Of a stretch of 64,000 bases of DNA, positions 10,320 through 20,164 are shown piece by piece. Under the pieces are notes generated by a model. It saw nothing but the letters and a program-made list of their open reading frames with translations. It did not search any database and was not told the DNA's origin. Position numbers and translations under genes: made by a program. Origin of the DNA: Geopsychrobacteraceae bacterium (GTDB lineage Bacteria > Desulfobacterota > Desulfuromonadia > Desulfuromonadales > Geopsychrobacteraceae); assembly GCA_963662315.1 (NCBI GenBank), contig OY759353.1:2752001-2816000 (forward strand), read 5' to 3'. Numbering within the stretch: the stretch's first letter is position 1; each line of letters starts with the position of its first letter.

Positions 10320-13229
10320 TTAAGCCCTCCCTTCCAGAAGTTTCTGGTAATAGCGCCGGGTTCGTCTTTGCAGTAGCCGCTGCACAACATAAACCAGGGC
10401 CAGTCCAACCAGCGCCAACCCGTAGTTGAGATATTCCAGAGTCATGCGACTGCTCATGTCAAGGGGAATAAGGGTACGGGCGTAATGGCCGCGCCCCCGA
10501 ATACTGAGCAAACCCTGATCCTCCGTCACCCAGTCGAGACTGTTATTCAGCAGCTGCAATCCACCCAGGTCCTCGTTTCCTGAAACACTGGAGGCGAGCT
10601 GCAGAGTCTGATCACTGAGAAAATCAGCAGAGGAGAACAGTACAATTCGCGCCGATTCAGCGGACTTGTCAATGACCGAAACCGCCTGCTGGACAGGCTT
10701 GTTCTCAGCCTCCTTGTTCGCTTTGTCGTTCTGGTCTTGTGTTTTGTCTTCCTGCTTCAACAGCGGCGACTGCTTGCCGGAAAAGTAGGAATCAAAGCGC
10801 CCCTGGACGGCAACACCAAGCAGCTCAGCTTTACGTTCGCTGGCCGGGGTAAAACCCTGCTCACCATCGGCCGTCACCTTGGGCAGCAGGTTCAGATCTG
10901 TAGAGGTCCAGGATTGATCTGAACTTTTCAGTAGCCAGTAAACCTGATGATCTTTACTGACACTTTCAGCAACCTGAATCGGAGCGGCCCAGTTGAACAT
11001 CAGGTGCGTCAACCCGGCCGTCACCGGTACTTTGTCATTCAGCCCGTCGCCACGCAGATCGATAAAATAGGGATACGGGATCATACGCAATTCCTGAACC
11101 GTGAAGCCGCCGACATTGCGATTGACCGGAATCGGGAACGGTTGGTTACGTTCGTCCAGCACCAGTTGCGTATCCATGATCAGCCCGTTATGTTTCAACC
11201 AGTCGAGCACTTTGGACTCCTGCTTGGTGGCACTTAAATTGGTCCTTGTCAGGCTGACCTTGAACGGGGATGTGGCGATCAAAACTGTCCCCCCCTTCAT
11301 CAGGAACTGGTCGATGGCAAAAAGCCCTTTATCGTCGAGATTCTCCGGACCGGCGACGACCAGCACATCGGTATCTTCCGGTACTACCCCTGCACTCAGA
11401 TCCGCATTGCGCACGTTGTAATTCTGAGCCAGCTGTTTACTCAGGATATTAAACTGCTTGCTGTCCTGCCCCATGCCGTACTGCGCCATGTAAGGATTAG
11501 GTGGCGGCGGAACGGCCAGGGCGACTGTTTTCAGATAACCGGCCGAGAAGCGCTTGAGAGCCGCGTCGATGTTGCGTTTAAGAGATTCCTTGGTGAACTC
11601 TTCCGGCAGTTGCACCGGTACGGTCTGCTGCCCGTCGTCAAGGGTCAGGTAGAAGTAGAAACGCTGGGGATCAAGCAGGCCCGCCTGCATCGGCCGGAAC
11701 CCATATTTCTGCTCCAGCTCCTGCGCCAGCTTCCCATGGTCTGCCTGGGGATCGAGAATCTGCAGGTTCAATTTGCCACCTGAAGTTGTTTCCAGCTCCT
11801 GAGCGAGGCTTTGCAGCTGCTGCTTGAACTCCTGAAGAAATTTCGGCAGCTGATTGTCCGCGGAAATATAGCCATGCAAGGTTAACGGCTCATCCAATCC
11901 GGCGAGCAGATCGCCGCCGCCCGTAAAACTGTTCATCACCCGTTTAATGCTGCGGGTCAATTGGTATTCCGGGTTATTCAGCTCGACATCGATACTGTGT
12001 TCACCCTGCTGCTTGATCTCGATCAGATCCCTGAAATTCAGCACCTGATACTCGTCGCCATACTGAATCAGGATCTGGAAGTAAGAATTGACCAAAGCCG
12101 ACTGATAGCGATCAGCCACCTGGAAAGGAACCGGTTTAATACCGTACTTTTCATTGGCTTCCGCTTCGAGATCGGGATGCTGCTGTGGATCGATAAACTC
12201 CGCCTTGACATTGCCGTGTCCGGCAAGCTGATACTCACTGATCAGGTCACGCAAGCGTGGTACCAGCGGCGCAAGCAACGGATGGGTCTTGGCGCTGAAA
12301 TAGCCACGGATCAATAATGGCTCGCGCAACTGAGCCAGATACTGACGGGTCGCCGGAGAGATGGAGTAGATGCTCCCTTCGGTCAAATCAACCCGGGCCG
12401 CTCCAACCTGCTGCAACCACAGATGACCGGCCAGCAGATTGGCAATCAGCAGCAGGGTCAGGGCACCATGCAGGCGGTGATGGCTACGCCTGGACTCGGC
12501 ATTGGTATCCCAGCGCAAACGTTTCAGGCTGAACAGGGTCAGAGCAAAAAAGACGCCGACCAGACTCAGGTAATAATAGAGATCACGGGCATCGATGACA
12601 CCGCGGGTGATGGATTCAAAGCGCGAACCACTTCCCAGCAGTTTAAGCAGTTCGGCACCACGGTTACCGAAAAAGCCGGTGAGCAGATCACTGCCCAACA
12701 GGTAAAACAGACCACAAACGAGAACGGTACCAATCAGGCTGACAATCTGATTATCACTACGGGCACTTAAAAACAGGCCAATGGAGATATAAGCTGCGCC
12801 TAAAAACAGGGCCGCCAGATACCCACCCCACACCGGACCCCAGTCAAGCGGCCCGATAATGGACACGGTCACTGGTAACGGTAGAGTCAGCACCAGGGCC
12901 AGAGCCACCAGAGCCAGCGCGGCCAGGAATTTGCCCAGCAGATATTCAACCGGTTTGACCGGCAAGGTCAGCAGATACTCAAGGGTCCCCATGCGCCGCT
13001 CTTCGCTCCACATGCGCATGGTCAAAGCCGCCACCAGAAAGATCAGCAGCAGCGGCATCCATTCAAACAAGGGCCTGACATCGGCTATATTGCGAGCAAA
13101 AAAAGCTTCTGCCCAAAAAAAGACAAACAGACTTAGAACTAAAAAGGTACCAAGAAAAATATAAGCGACCGGTGATGCGAAGAAACCAGCCAATTCTTTG
13201 CGGGCAACCCGCAGGGTATTACGCAGCAT
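10320..13229 (-). CDS. ABC-2 permease fused to GldG-like auxiliary domain (GldF/GldG-like)
   Basis: RKELAGFFASPVAY, TMRMWSEERRMGTLEYLLTLP, DLTEGSIYSIS, IDQFLMKGG, LLSIRGR. Confidence 0.88.
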   Translation of the reverse strand: MLRNTLRVARKELAGFFASPVAYIFLGTFLVLSLFVFFWAEAFFARNIADVRPLFEWMPLLLIFLVAALTMRMWSEERRMGTLEYLLTLPVKPVEYLLGKFLAALALVALALVLTLPLPVTVSIIGPLDWGPVWGGYLAALFLGAAYISIGLFLSARSDNQIVSLIGTVLVCGLFYLLGSDLLTGFFGNRGAELLKLLGSGSRFESITRGVIDARDLYYYLSLVGVFFALTLFSLKRLRWDTNAESRRSHHRLHGALTLLLIANLLAGHLWLQQVGAARVDLTEGSIYSISPATRQYLAQLREPLLIRGYFSAKTHPLLAPLVPRLRDLISEYQLAGHGNVKAEFIDPQQHPDLEAEANEKYGIKPVPFQVADRYQSALVNSYFQILIQYGDEYQVLNFRDLIEIKQQGEHSIDVELNNPEYQLTRSIKRVMNSFTGGGDLLAGLDEPLTLHGYISADNQLPKFLQEFKQQLQSLAQELETTSGGKLNLQILDPQADHGKLAQELEQKYGFRPMQAGLLDPQRFYFYLTLDDGQQTVPVQLPEEFTKESLKRNIDAALKRFSAGYLKTVALAVPPPPNPYMAQYGMGQDSKQFNILSKQLAQNYNVRNADLSAGVVPEDTDVLVVAGPENLDDKGLFAIDQFLMKGGTVLIATSPFKVSLTRTNLSATKQESKVLDWLKHNGLIMDTQLVLDERNQPFPIPVNRNVGGFTVQELRMIPYPYFIDLRGDGLNDKVPVTAGLTHLMFNWAAPIQVAESVSKDHQVYWLLKSSDQSWTSTDLNLLPKVTADGEQGFTPASERKAELLGVAVQGRFDSYFSGKQSPLLKQEDKTQDQNDKANKEAENKPVQQAVSVIDKSAESARIVLFSSADFLSDQTLQLASSVSGNEDLGGLQLLNNSLDWVTEDQGLLSIRGRGHYARTLIPLDMSSRMTLEYLNYGLALVGLALVYVVQRLLQRRTRRYYQKLLEGRA

Positions 13230-14166
13230 CAGCGACCTCCTCTACCGATTCGGAAATCTCCTGAAATATTTTCTCGAGGGTCCGTTCTTCACGACGCAAC
13301 TCGTAGAGCTGCCATCCTTGCTCCACGACTGCTGCCGCGATTGCCGGAGCGATATCTGTGCTATTCTCATGAGCTGAGATGCGGTAGCGCGCCAGCCCGT
13401 TACCGGTTTCCACCACGTCCACCGCAGCGACCTGATCAAGGCTGACAAGCTGACGACTGACACTATCCACCGCACCGCTGCATTTGAGCAGCAACTCCCG
13501 CCCCCGGGTCAACTCCTCCAGGTTGGCATCTAGAGCCAGGCGCCCTTTACGCAAAATCAGCACCCGGTCACAGACGGCTTCGACTTCCTGGAGAATATGG
13601 GTTGATATAATCACCGTAGAGCGTTGGCCCAGTTCAGCAATCAGCTGGCGCATATGACCGATCTGGGCCGGATCAAGGCCATTGGTCGGTTCGTCAAGAA
13701 TGATAATTTCAGGATTATTCAGCAGCGCCTGGGCGACTCCGACCCGCTGCCGATAACCGCGCGACAGGGTCGAGATGGCTGCCGTCGCCTTCCCTTCAAG
13801 CTCGGTCTGGCCAATCACCTGCAACAGGGCCTGATCCAGGGACTGGCCGGACAAGCCGCGTAATGATGCGGCATAGGCGAGAAAATCGATAACTCTCATA
13901 TCGGGATAAACCGGACAATTTTCCGGCAGGTAACCGATCCGCTCCTGAGCCTTTAACGGATCAGGATTCCACAAGTTTTCGCCAGCGATTTGAATGTTTC
14001 CCTTGCTCGGCTCAAGATAGCCGGTCAGCATTTTCATGATGGTCGATTTGCCGGCCCCGTTATGGCCAAGCAGACCGACAATTTCACCCCGTTCGATAGA
14101 AAATGAGACATCGTCAACGGCCAGAAAATCGCCATACTGACGACTGATATGTTGCACTTCAATCAT
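13219..14166 (-). CDS. ABC transporter ATP-binding protein (GldA-like)
   Basis: GHNGAGKST Walker A, LSRGYRQRVG signature, ILDEPTNGLDP. Confidence 0.93.
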   Translation of the reverse strand: MIEVQHISRQYGDFLAVDDVSFSIERGEIVGLLGHNGAGKSTIMKMLTGYLEPSKGNIQIAGENLWNPDPLKAQERIGYLPENCPVYPDMRVIDFLAYAASLRGLSGQSLDQALLQVIGQTELEGKATAAISTLSRGYRQRVGVAQALLNNPEIIILDEPTNGLDPAQIGHMRQLIAELGQRSTVIISTHILQEVEAVCDRVLILRKGRLALDANLEELTRGRELLLKCSGAVDSVSRQLVSLDQVAAVDVVETGNGLARYRISAHENSTDIAPAIAAAVVEQGWQLYELRREERTLEKIFQEISESVEEVADAA

Positions 14167-14318
14167 GTGTCTACCTCTTTCCTGGTTCTAAATCATTTAC
14201 AGATCTGGAAACGGCCTGGTATTCAGTTCTGAACAAGCCCTAACTCTCTCTTGTCAGGACGTGGAATATCCGGCTGCAGAAACGCGATATATTTTTGTGA
14301 ATATCTGTTTGGAGCTGA

Positions 14319-14657
14319 TTAGAAATGGTACAAAGGTGGAGGTCTGATAAAATGAGAAAAACTAAGATGAGACATAACGACAAGAAAACTGAATAGTACG
14401 AATATGGTCAGCAGAGGAACTGCTGCAGTGGAAACCCCTCTTGGCGAGGGGGAAGAAAAATCAACAGGATAAAATGACGACCCAGAATCAAACGCATTAT
14501 CAACTTCAACCAGTGCAGACAATTCTGAACTGTCACTGGCAAACCAATGCTCCGCACTGCCAGGCAATCCTGACAGCAACAGGAAGCAGGTGAAGACAGC
14601 GAGAAGTAAAAGATGATTTAAGGTCATTCGTCTAAGCATAAGCCTGATCTTCTGCAC
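14319..14657 (-). CDS. Hypothetical small membrane protein
   Basis: Two hydrophobic stretches and a C-terminal RPPP; no recognised family. Confidence 0.35.
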   Translation of the reverse strand: MQKIRLMLRRMTLNHLLLLAVFTCFLLLSGLPGSAEHWFASDSSELSALVEVDNAFDSGSSFYPVDFSSPSPRGVSTAAVPLLTIFVLFSFLVVMSHLSFSHFIRPPPLYHF

Positions 14658-14775
14658 ACTAGATTCTGTTGATACGTTTGGAGGATATATAATTAAAACG
14701 CTTCAGTAAATGAGACTTTGCACGAATATTAACTGTAGATTTGCACACTTAAATAAAAAAAGAGGGGAATTAATT

Positions 14776-15756
14776 ATGCGTCTGAAAGCAGCCATCAGAA
14801 TCATCACAATATCCGTGATCTTTGCTATGCTCAACCAGCAACCGTTGCTAGCCGCCGATCGCGCTGCCTTTTCAACCTGGCTTGATGAGTTCAAGGCAGA
14901 AGCCAGTGGTCAGGGCATATCTCAAGAGGTTCTCCAGCAGGCCTTTAATGATGTTGCCCTGCTCCCCCGCGTTATCGAACTTGATCGCAAACAGCCTGAA
15001 CTGACCCAGACACTGACGGAATATCTGCAGGCCAGGGTCACACCCAAACGCATTGACGGAGGTCGGCACATGTTGAAACGCTACCCAACCTGGCTTCGTC
15101 GTACAGAAAATAAATACCAGGTTCCGCGTCAATACATCGTGGCGCTATGGGGCATAGAAACCAACTACGGTCGCCACATCGGCAGCTTCCCGGTCATTTC
15201 ATCGTTAACCACCCTCGCCTACGATGGGCGGCGTAGCGCCTACTTTCGCAAGGAGCTGCACCATGTCCTGTGGCTGCTGGAACAAAAGCGCATCAGAGTT
15301 GACCTGTTGCATGGGTCCTGGGCCGGGGCCATGGGTCAGTGCCAGTTTATGCCCTCAGCTTTCCGCAGCTTTGCTGTCAACGCCGATGGCGGCTTTACCG
15401 ATATCTGGAGTTCCGTTCCCGATGTTTTTGCCTCGGCCGCCAATTACCTGCACCAATCCGGCTGGCAAGCGGCCCAACCCTGGGGGCAAAAAGTTAAACT
15501 GCCGAAGAATTTCAATACCGCACTGGCGGGACTTGACCAGTCGCTGCCCCTTTCCCGCTGGCGCGAGCTTGGCGTAAAACCTGCGGGGCATGGGGTATTT
15601 CCCGTCAACCAACAGCAGGCCTCATTACTGATCGATCCTGCCGGTGGCCCTGACTACCTGGTTTATGCCAATTTCCATGTACTGCTGGAATGGAACCGGT
15701 CAACGGCATTTGCCATCGCCGTCGGCACATTGGCTGACAGTTTGACAGGCCACTGA
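14776..15756 (+). CDS. Lytic murein transglycosylase (MltB/SLT_2 family)
   Basis: DRKQPE, VALWGIETNYG, GSWAGAMGQCQFMPS, SAANYL, WNRS; start set at ATG 14776 after GAGGGG. Confidence 0.92.
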   Translation: MRLKAAIRIITISVIFAMLNQQPLLAADRAAFSTWLDEFKAEASGQGISQEVLQQAFNDVALLPRVIELDRKQPELTQTLTEYLQARVTPKRIDGGRHMLKRYPTWLRRTENKYQVPRQYIVALWGIETNYGRHIGSFPVISSLTTLAYDGRRSAYFRKELHHVLWLLEQKRIRVDLLHGSWAGAMGQCQFMPSAFRSFAVNADGGFTDIWSSVPDVFASAANYLHQSGWQAAQPWGQKVKLPKNFNTALAGLDQSLPLSRWRELGVKPAGHGVFPVNQQQASLLIDPAGGPDYLVYANFHVLLEWNRSTAFAIAVGTLADSLTGH

Positions 15757-16056
15757 TATTGCTTCTAACCATACGGCAACAAACTATTTCCGTTGCAGTA
15801 TGATCTGCTCCGAAAAAATATTCATCTCCAGCCTCAAAAGCTGCTCCCTTACATAATCATATTCACACTCTAACAGAGTAGAAACATAGAAAACTAATTA
15901 TCTTCTCCTACCGTACAAAGCTGGTGAAGTGTCCCCCGTGTCCAGATCTGCTCTGGGCACGCTACAATTCAACTCACTTCAATTCAGCCAGAATGTCCGG
16001 TTCTTGTGTTTATCGATGATAAACAGTTCTCATTCAATTACGTTTAGGAGCTAAGG

Positions 16057-18927
16057 ATGAAAGCAAAACAGAAAAACCAGGCGCACTTGTTTAGGAAAAG
16101 AACCATCTGGAGTAAAGCCGTTGTTTGTTTTCTGGTTATCGGACTGCTGGCCGGCTGCAGCGGTTCAGATGGTAAAGATGGCGCTGCCGGAGCTGACGGA
16201 CAAGGTGCGGCAACAACACCGAAAAATGTTATCCTGTTCATCGGCGACGGTATGCAGCAGGAACACGAACTGGCAGCCAGCCGCTACTTTACCGGAACGG
16301 AGAATGGCCTGGTCTGGCAGAAAGAGAGTGAATTCCCCTATCACAACTTTGTTACCACATGGGACGTCACAACTTACAACAATTATGCTACCGAAGCCGG
16401 TGCTGACGGTTATGCCCCTGACAGCTATAATTCTAATTATGGTTATGATCTGCTCAAGGCCGGTCTAAGCGAAGCAAGTAAGGATAATTATTTCCTCAAT
16501 GGTGCAGCAACCGACTCAGCTTCAGCCGGAACAGCCATGTCCACCGGAGAAAAAACCGATTCTGGAAATATCGCCTGGGCGACTGAAGATCCTGCTGATG
16601 GTGCATTGCAAACCATCGGTGAATATTATCGCTCTTTAGGGGGCAGCTACGGTGTTGTTTCAACCGTTGAGCTGTCCCATGCGACCCCGGCAGCCTTCTC
16701 TTCTCACAACGTCAACCGCAACAATTATCAGCAAATCGCCCATGAAGTGGTCAGTGAAACCCGTCCCGATGTGGTTATCGGTGCCGGCCACCCAGCATTT
16801 GTCGGCAATGACCGTTACCTTGCCACCGCCGACTACACAACAATTTCCGCTGACAGTGAATATGTCTTTGTTGAAAAAACTACCGGTGTTGATGGCGGAA
16901 ACGCACTGCTGGCTGCAGCGGCGACAGCTGTTGCCGACGGCAAAAAACTTTTCGGTCTGTTCGGGTCGGACCAGGTGGAAACTCCGCTTGTGACTGACAC
17001 TCCTGGTGCCCCGAACTTCACCAACGCTGACGAAACCGATCCGCTGCTTGCAGAGTCAACCGAAGCCGCAATCGAGGTGCTCAGTCAGGATGCTGACGGT
17101 TTCTTCCTGATGGTTGAGCAGGGGGATATCGACTGGAGTAACCACGCCAACAATTTCAGCGGCATGGTCGGCGGCGTTATCGACCTTGATCAGGCCGTTG
17201 CCAAAGCGGTTGAAATGATAGAAGCCGGTGAAAACGGTCTGTCCTGGACCAATACTCTGGTCATGGTTACCGCTGACCATGGCAACAGTTACCTGCGCTT
17301 CAACACTGCACTGGCACTTGGCCAGGGGGACCTGCCCGCGCAGGACGGCAGTAGCTATCCTGACGGCGAAGTTTTCTACGGCACCGGTGGCCACACCAAT
17401 GAACTGGTGTCCCTGTACGCCAAGGGTGCCGGCATCAATTACCTGAAAAGCCGTCAGGGAACCTTGAACAGCGGCACCGACCTCCTCGACAACACGGATG
17501 TCTATCGCGCTGCCAAAAATGCCGCCGATAACGGCTACAATGTTATTCTCTTTATCGGTGACGGTATGCAGAAGGCGCATGAAATTGCCGGTTCACGATA
17601 TATGTATGGTACCGACAATGGCCTGTCTTTCCACAGTTTTGATTTCACCGCCTATGTCACCACCTGGGATACCAACACCTACAACAGCTACGCAGCGAAA
17701 CAAGACGCTCTGAGTTTTAAAGCTGCAGACCTGCTTGGGACTCTCAATTATCGTCTCGGCTACGACCCGGCTGTCGCCGGCAGCCTTCCTTATCCACTGG
17801 TCAATGAGTATCTGCTGGCCCATGCGACCGATTCCGCTTCTGCCGGTACCGCCATGGCGACCGGAATGAAAACCGACGATGGCAACATTTCCTGGGAATC
17901 CGGTGATGCCGCCGATGGCGAGCTGCTGAACGTGATAGACAAAGTCTGGGGGCAACGCGAAGGAGCCACCGGCGTTGTGTCAACGGTCGAATTTACTCAC
18001 GCAACACCCGCCACCTTCTCAGCTCACAACATCAATCGTAATAACTACGGTGAAATTTCCGAAGATATCATCAACAATATTCGCCCCGATGTCGTCATCG
18101 GTGCCGGACACCCTGCGTTTGTCGGCAGTGCCGCTGCCCCCGATTACCGCTATATCACCGAAGCGGCCTATAAAACCATCTCTTCTGACAGCGAATATGT
18201 CTTTGTCGAGAAGACGACCGGTGTCGATGGTGGTAACAGCTTGTTAGCTGCAGCTGACCAGGCGATTAACCAAGGGAAAAAGCTGTTCGGCCTGTTCGGT
18301 TCAACCCAGATCGCAACCCCGGTGGTCACCGACACACCTGGGACCCCAACCTTCGCCAATGCAGATGAAACTGACCCTCTGTTATCGGAATCGACCGAAG
18401 CCGCGCTGAAGGTTCTCAGCCAGGACCCAAATGGTTTCTTCCTGATGGTTGAACAGGGAGATATCGACTGGAGTAACCATGCCAACAACTTCAGTGGCAT
18501 GATTGGTGGCGTTAAGGATCTCGATTACGCCATCCAGAAAGCCATCGACTTTGTCGAGCAACCAGGTGACGAAATCGACTGGTCCAATACCCTGTTGATT
18601 GTCACTTCCGACCATGGCAACAGCTTCCTGCGCGTCAACCATGCCCTTAAACCCGTCCTTGGCGATCTGCCAACCCAGGAAGCAGCCCCCGCAGAATGTG
18701 CTGATGCTTACTGCGGTAGCTATGTTTACCCTGACGGAGATGTTTTTTATGGCAGCGGTGGCCACACCAACGAGCTGGTCTCTCTCTATGCCAAAGGGTA
18801 CCGTGCTGAGGATCTGTTCGGTCAATATGAAGGCGCCAATTACCCAAATACTGATACCAGAGTCATCGACAACACGGATATCTTTAAGGTTATGGCAGAA
18901 TTTTTCGGCATTACCTTAGATCAGTAA
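16057..18927 (+). CDS. Lipoprotein alkaline phosphatase with two tandem PhoA-type domains
   Basis: LAGC lipobox; two complete motif sets VILFIGDGM / TDSASAGTA / HATPA / FFLMVEQGDIDWSNH / T[AS]DHG / GHTNELV. Confidence 0.9.
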   Translation: MKAKQKNQAHLFRKRTIWSKAVVCFLVIGLLAGCSGSDGKDGAAGADGQGAATTPKNVILFIGDGMQQEHELAASRYFTGTENGLVWQKESEFPYHNFVTTWDVTTYNNYATEAGADGYAPDSYNSNYGYDLLKAGLSEASKDNYFLNGAATDSASAGTAMSTGEKTDSGNIAWATEDPADGALQTIGEYYRSLGGSYGVVSTVELSHATPAAFSSHNVNRNNYQQIAHEVVSETRPDVVIGAGHPAFVGNDRYLATADYTTISADSEYVFVEKTTGVDGGNALLAAAATAVADGKKLFGLFGSDQVETPLVTDTPGAPNFTNADETDPLLAESTEAAIEVLSQDADGFFLMVEQGDIDWSNHANNFSGMVGGVIDLDQAVAKAVEMIEAGENGLSWTNTLVMVTADHGNSYLRFNTALALGQGDLPAQDGSSYPDGEVFYGTGGHTNELVSLYAKGAGINYLKSRQGTLNSGTDLLDNTDVYRAAKNAADNGYNVILFIGDGMQKAHEIAGSRYMYGTDNGLSFHSFDFTAYVTTWDTNTYNSYAAKQDALSFKAADLLGTLNYRLGYDPAVAGSLPYPLVNEYLLAHATDSASAGTAMATGMKTDDGNISWESGDAADGELLNVIDKVWGQREGATGVVSTVEFTHATPATFSAHNINRNNYGEISEDIINNIRPDVVIGAGHPAFVGSAAAPDYRYITEAAYKTISSDSEYVFVEKTTGVDGGNSLLAAADQAINQGKKLFGLFGSTQIATPVVTDTPGTPTFANADETDPLLSESTEAALKVLSQDPNGFFLMVEQGDIDWSNHANNFSGMIGGVKDLDYAIQKAIDFVEQPGDEIDWSNTLLIVTSDHGNSFLRVNHALKPVLGDLPTQEAAPAECADAYCGSYVYPDGDVFYGSGGHTNELVSLYAKGYRAEDLFGQYEGANYPNTDTRVIDNTDIFKVMAEFFGITLDQ

Positions 18928-18959
18928 TGATGTTCTGCAGGGCCAAATGAAAAGTGGAT

Positions 18960-18992
18960 TATGCCGATCACCTGAAAAAGGTGATCGGCATA
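18960..18992. terminator. Hairpin between convergent genes
   Basis: TATGCCGATCACCT-N5-AGGTGATCGGCATA, 14-bp stem. Confidence 0.65.
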
Positions 18993-19043
18993 GCTATGTG
19001 GGCATTTTCACCGCTTGAAAAAAGAACTGCTCCGCTGCATAAT

Positions 19044-19256
19044 TTACCAAGGCAGATCCCGCGATGGGGATCTTTCAGACTGGTTTTTTGAGGCACTTCT
19101 GAGGAACAGCCCGATAATGAAACCCAGGGGCCCAAGCAGGCCCGCCAGGATGAGCAGACCAAGGTCTTCACGTTTTTTTCTTTTCGTCTGCTTGGAAAAG
19201 AGACCAAGAGCAACGATACCGGACAGATACCAGCAAAAAAATATTAATAGTTCCAT
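19044..19256 (-). CDS. Small hypothetical membrane protein
   Basis: GGGGAGGA RBS; two hydrophobic segments with an LLGPLG motif. Confidence 0.6.
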   Translation of the reverse strand: MELLIFFCWYLSGIVALGLFSKQTKRKKREDLGLLILAGLLGPLGFIIGLFLRSASKNQSERSPSRDLPW

Positions 19257-19269
19257 AACGTCCTCCCCT

Positions 19270-19302
19270 ATGTATATACAATGATATACCGCGTATATAC
19301 AT
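19270..19302. promoter_or_regulatory. Inverted-repeat operator-like site
   Basis: ATGTATATAC-N13-GTATATACAT just upstream of the 19256 start. Confidence 0.4.
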
Positions 19303-19400
19303 TTTTCAAGCCCTTCTTTTCATCCCTTTTTAATTGCCAATGACCACCATCTCCCATGCTGTAATTCTCGCCTAGAAAAAGGCGTTGAAAACCAAAGTCC

Positions 19401-19448
19401 TTGACAGGTCACCCCAAAGTGACTCACTGTGTATCACCTATTAGTGAC
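19401..19448 (+). promoter_or_regulatory. tetR promoter (-35 TTGACA) with two TCAC-N6-GTGA operators
   Basis: TTGACA 19401-06; GTCAC-N6-GTGAC 19408-23; ATCAC-N6-GTGAC 19433-48. Confidence 0.6.
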
Positions 19449-19471
19449 AGCATCTTTAGCAAGGATGACCC

Positions 19472-20077
19472 ATGCTCCGTAACAAAGAACAGACCAAACA
19501 GAAGATCGTAACAGCCGTCGGCGGTTTGTTAGCCCGCGACGGTTTTGCCAAGTTGGGGGTAAATGCCCTGGCCCGTGAGGCCGGGGTCGACAAGGTGCTT
19601 ATCTATCGCTACTTTGATGGCCTGCCCGGAGTCCTGCGCAGCTATGCCGAATCGACCGACTTCTGGCCGTCAGCGGCAGAAGTCCTGGGACAGGACCAAG
19701 CCCCCGGTCATCAGGACTCGTCCCGAATTATCGGTGACATCATGGTCAACCTGGCGCGCGCTCTCAGGAATCGTCCGTTAACCACCGAGATCCTCGCCTG
19801 GGAACTGGTTGAGCAGAACGAGCTGACCAACATTCTTTTCGAACGGCGCGAGCAGTGGGCTTTGACCCTTATCGAGGACTATGCCTTCGAACACGGCCAG
19901 GCCCCGGCAGATCTCCCTGCTCTGACAGCGCTGCTGAATGCGGCGATCAACTACCTGATTGTCCGCGGTCGCACAACACCGGTCTTCAACCTGGTGGAAA
20001 TCGATACTGATCGGGGCTGGGAACGTCTGGAAAATATGATTCGAGCGCTATGCAAAAGTTATTTTTCTGCCATCTGA
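19472..20077 (+). CDS. TetR/AcrR family regulator
   Basis: GFAKLGVNALAREAGVDKVLIYRYF helix-turn-helix. Confidence 0.93.
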   Translation: MLRNKEQTKQKIVTAVGGLLARDGFAKLGVNALAREAGVDKVLIYRYFDGLPGVLRSYAESTDFWPSAAEVLGQDQAPGHQDSSRIIGDIMVNLARALRNRPLTTEILAWELVEQNELTNILFERREQWALTLIEDYAFEHGQAPADLPALTALLNAAINYLIVRGRTTPVFNLVEIDTDRGWERLENMIRALCKSYFSAI

Positions 20078-20164
20078 GAACAGTTTAGGAAAAAAGCGGA
20101 ATTTTCACCGTTCGCCAGGCGTTTTTTGCTGCAAAAAACCTGATTTCGGCTATCATAGCGCCCC

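Noticed and set aside
15849..15887. Possible Pho box upstream of the phosphatase (TTACAT, TAACAG, AAACAT in 11-bp register)
   Set aside because: Degenerate, with one expected repeat missing; plausible but not supportable by eye
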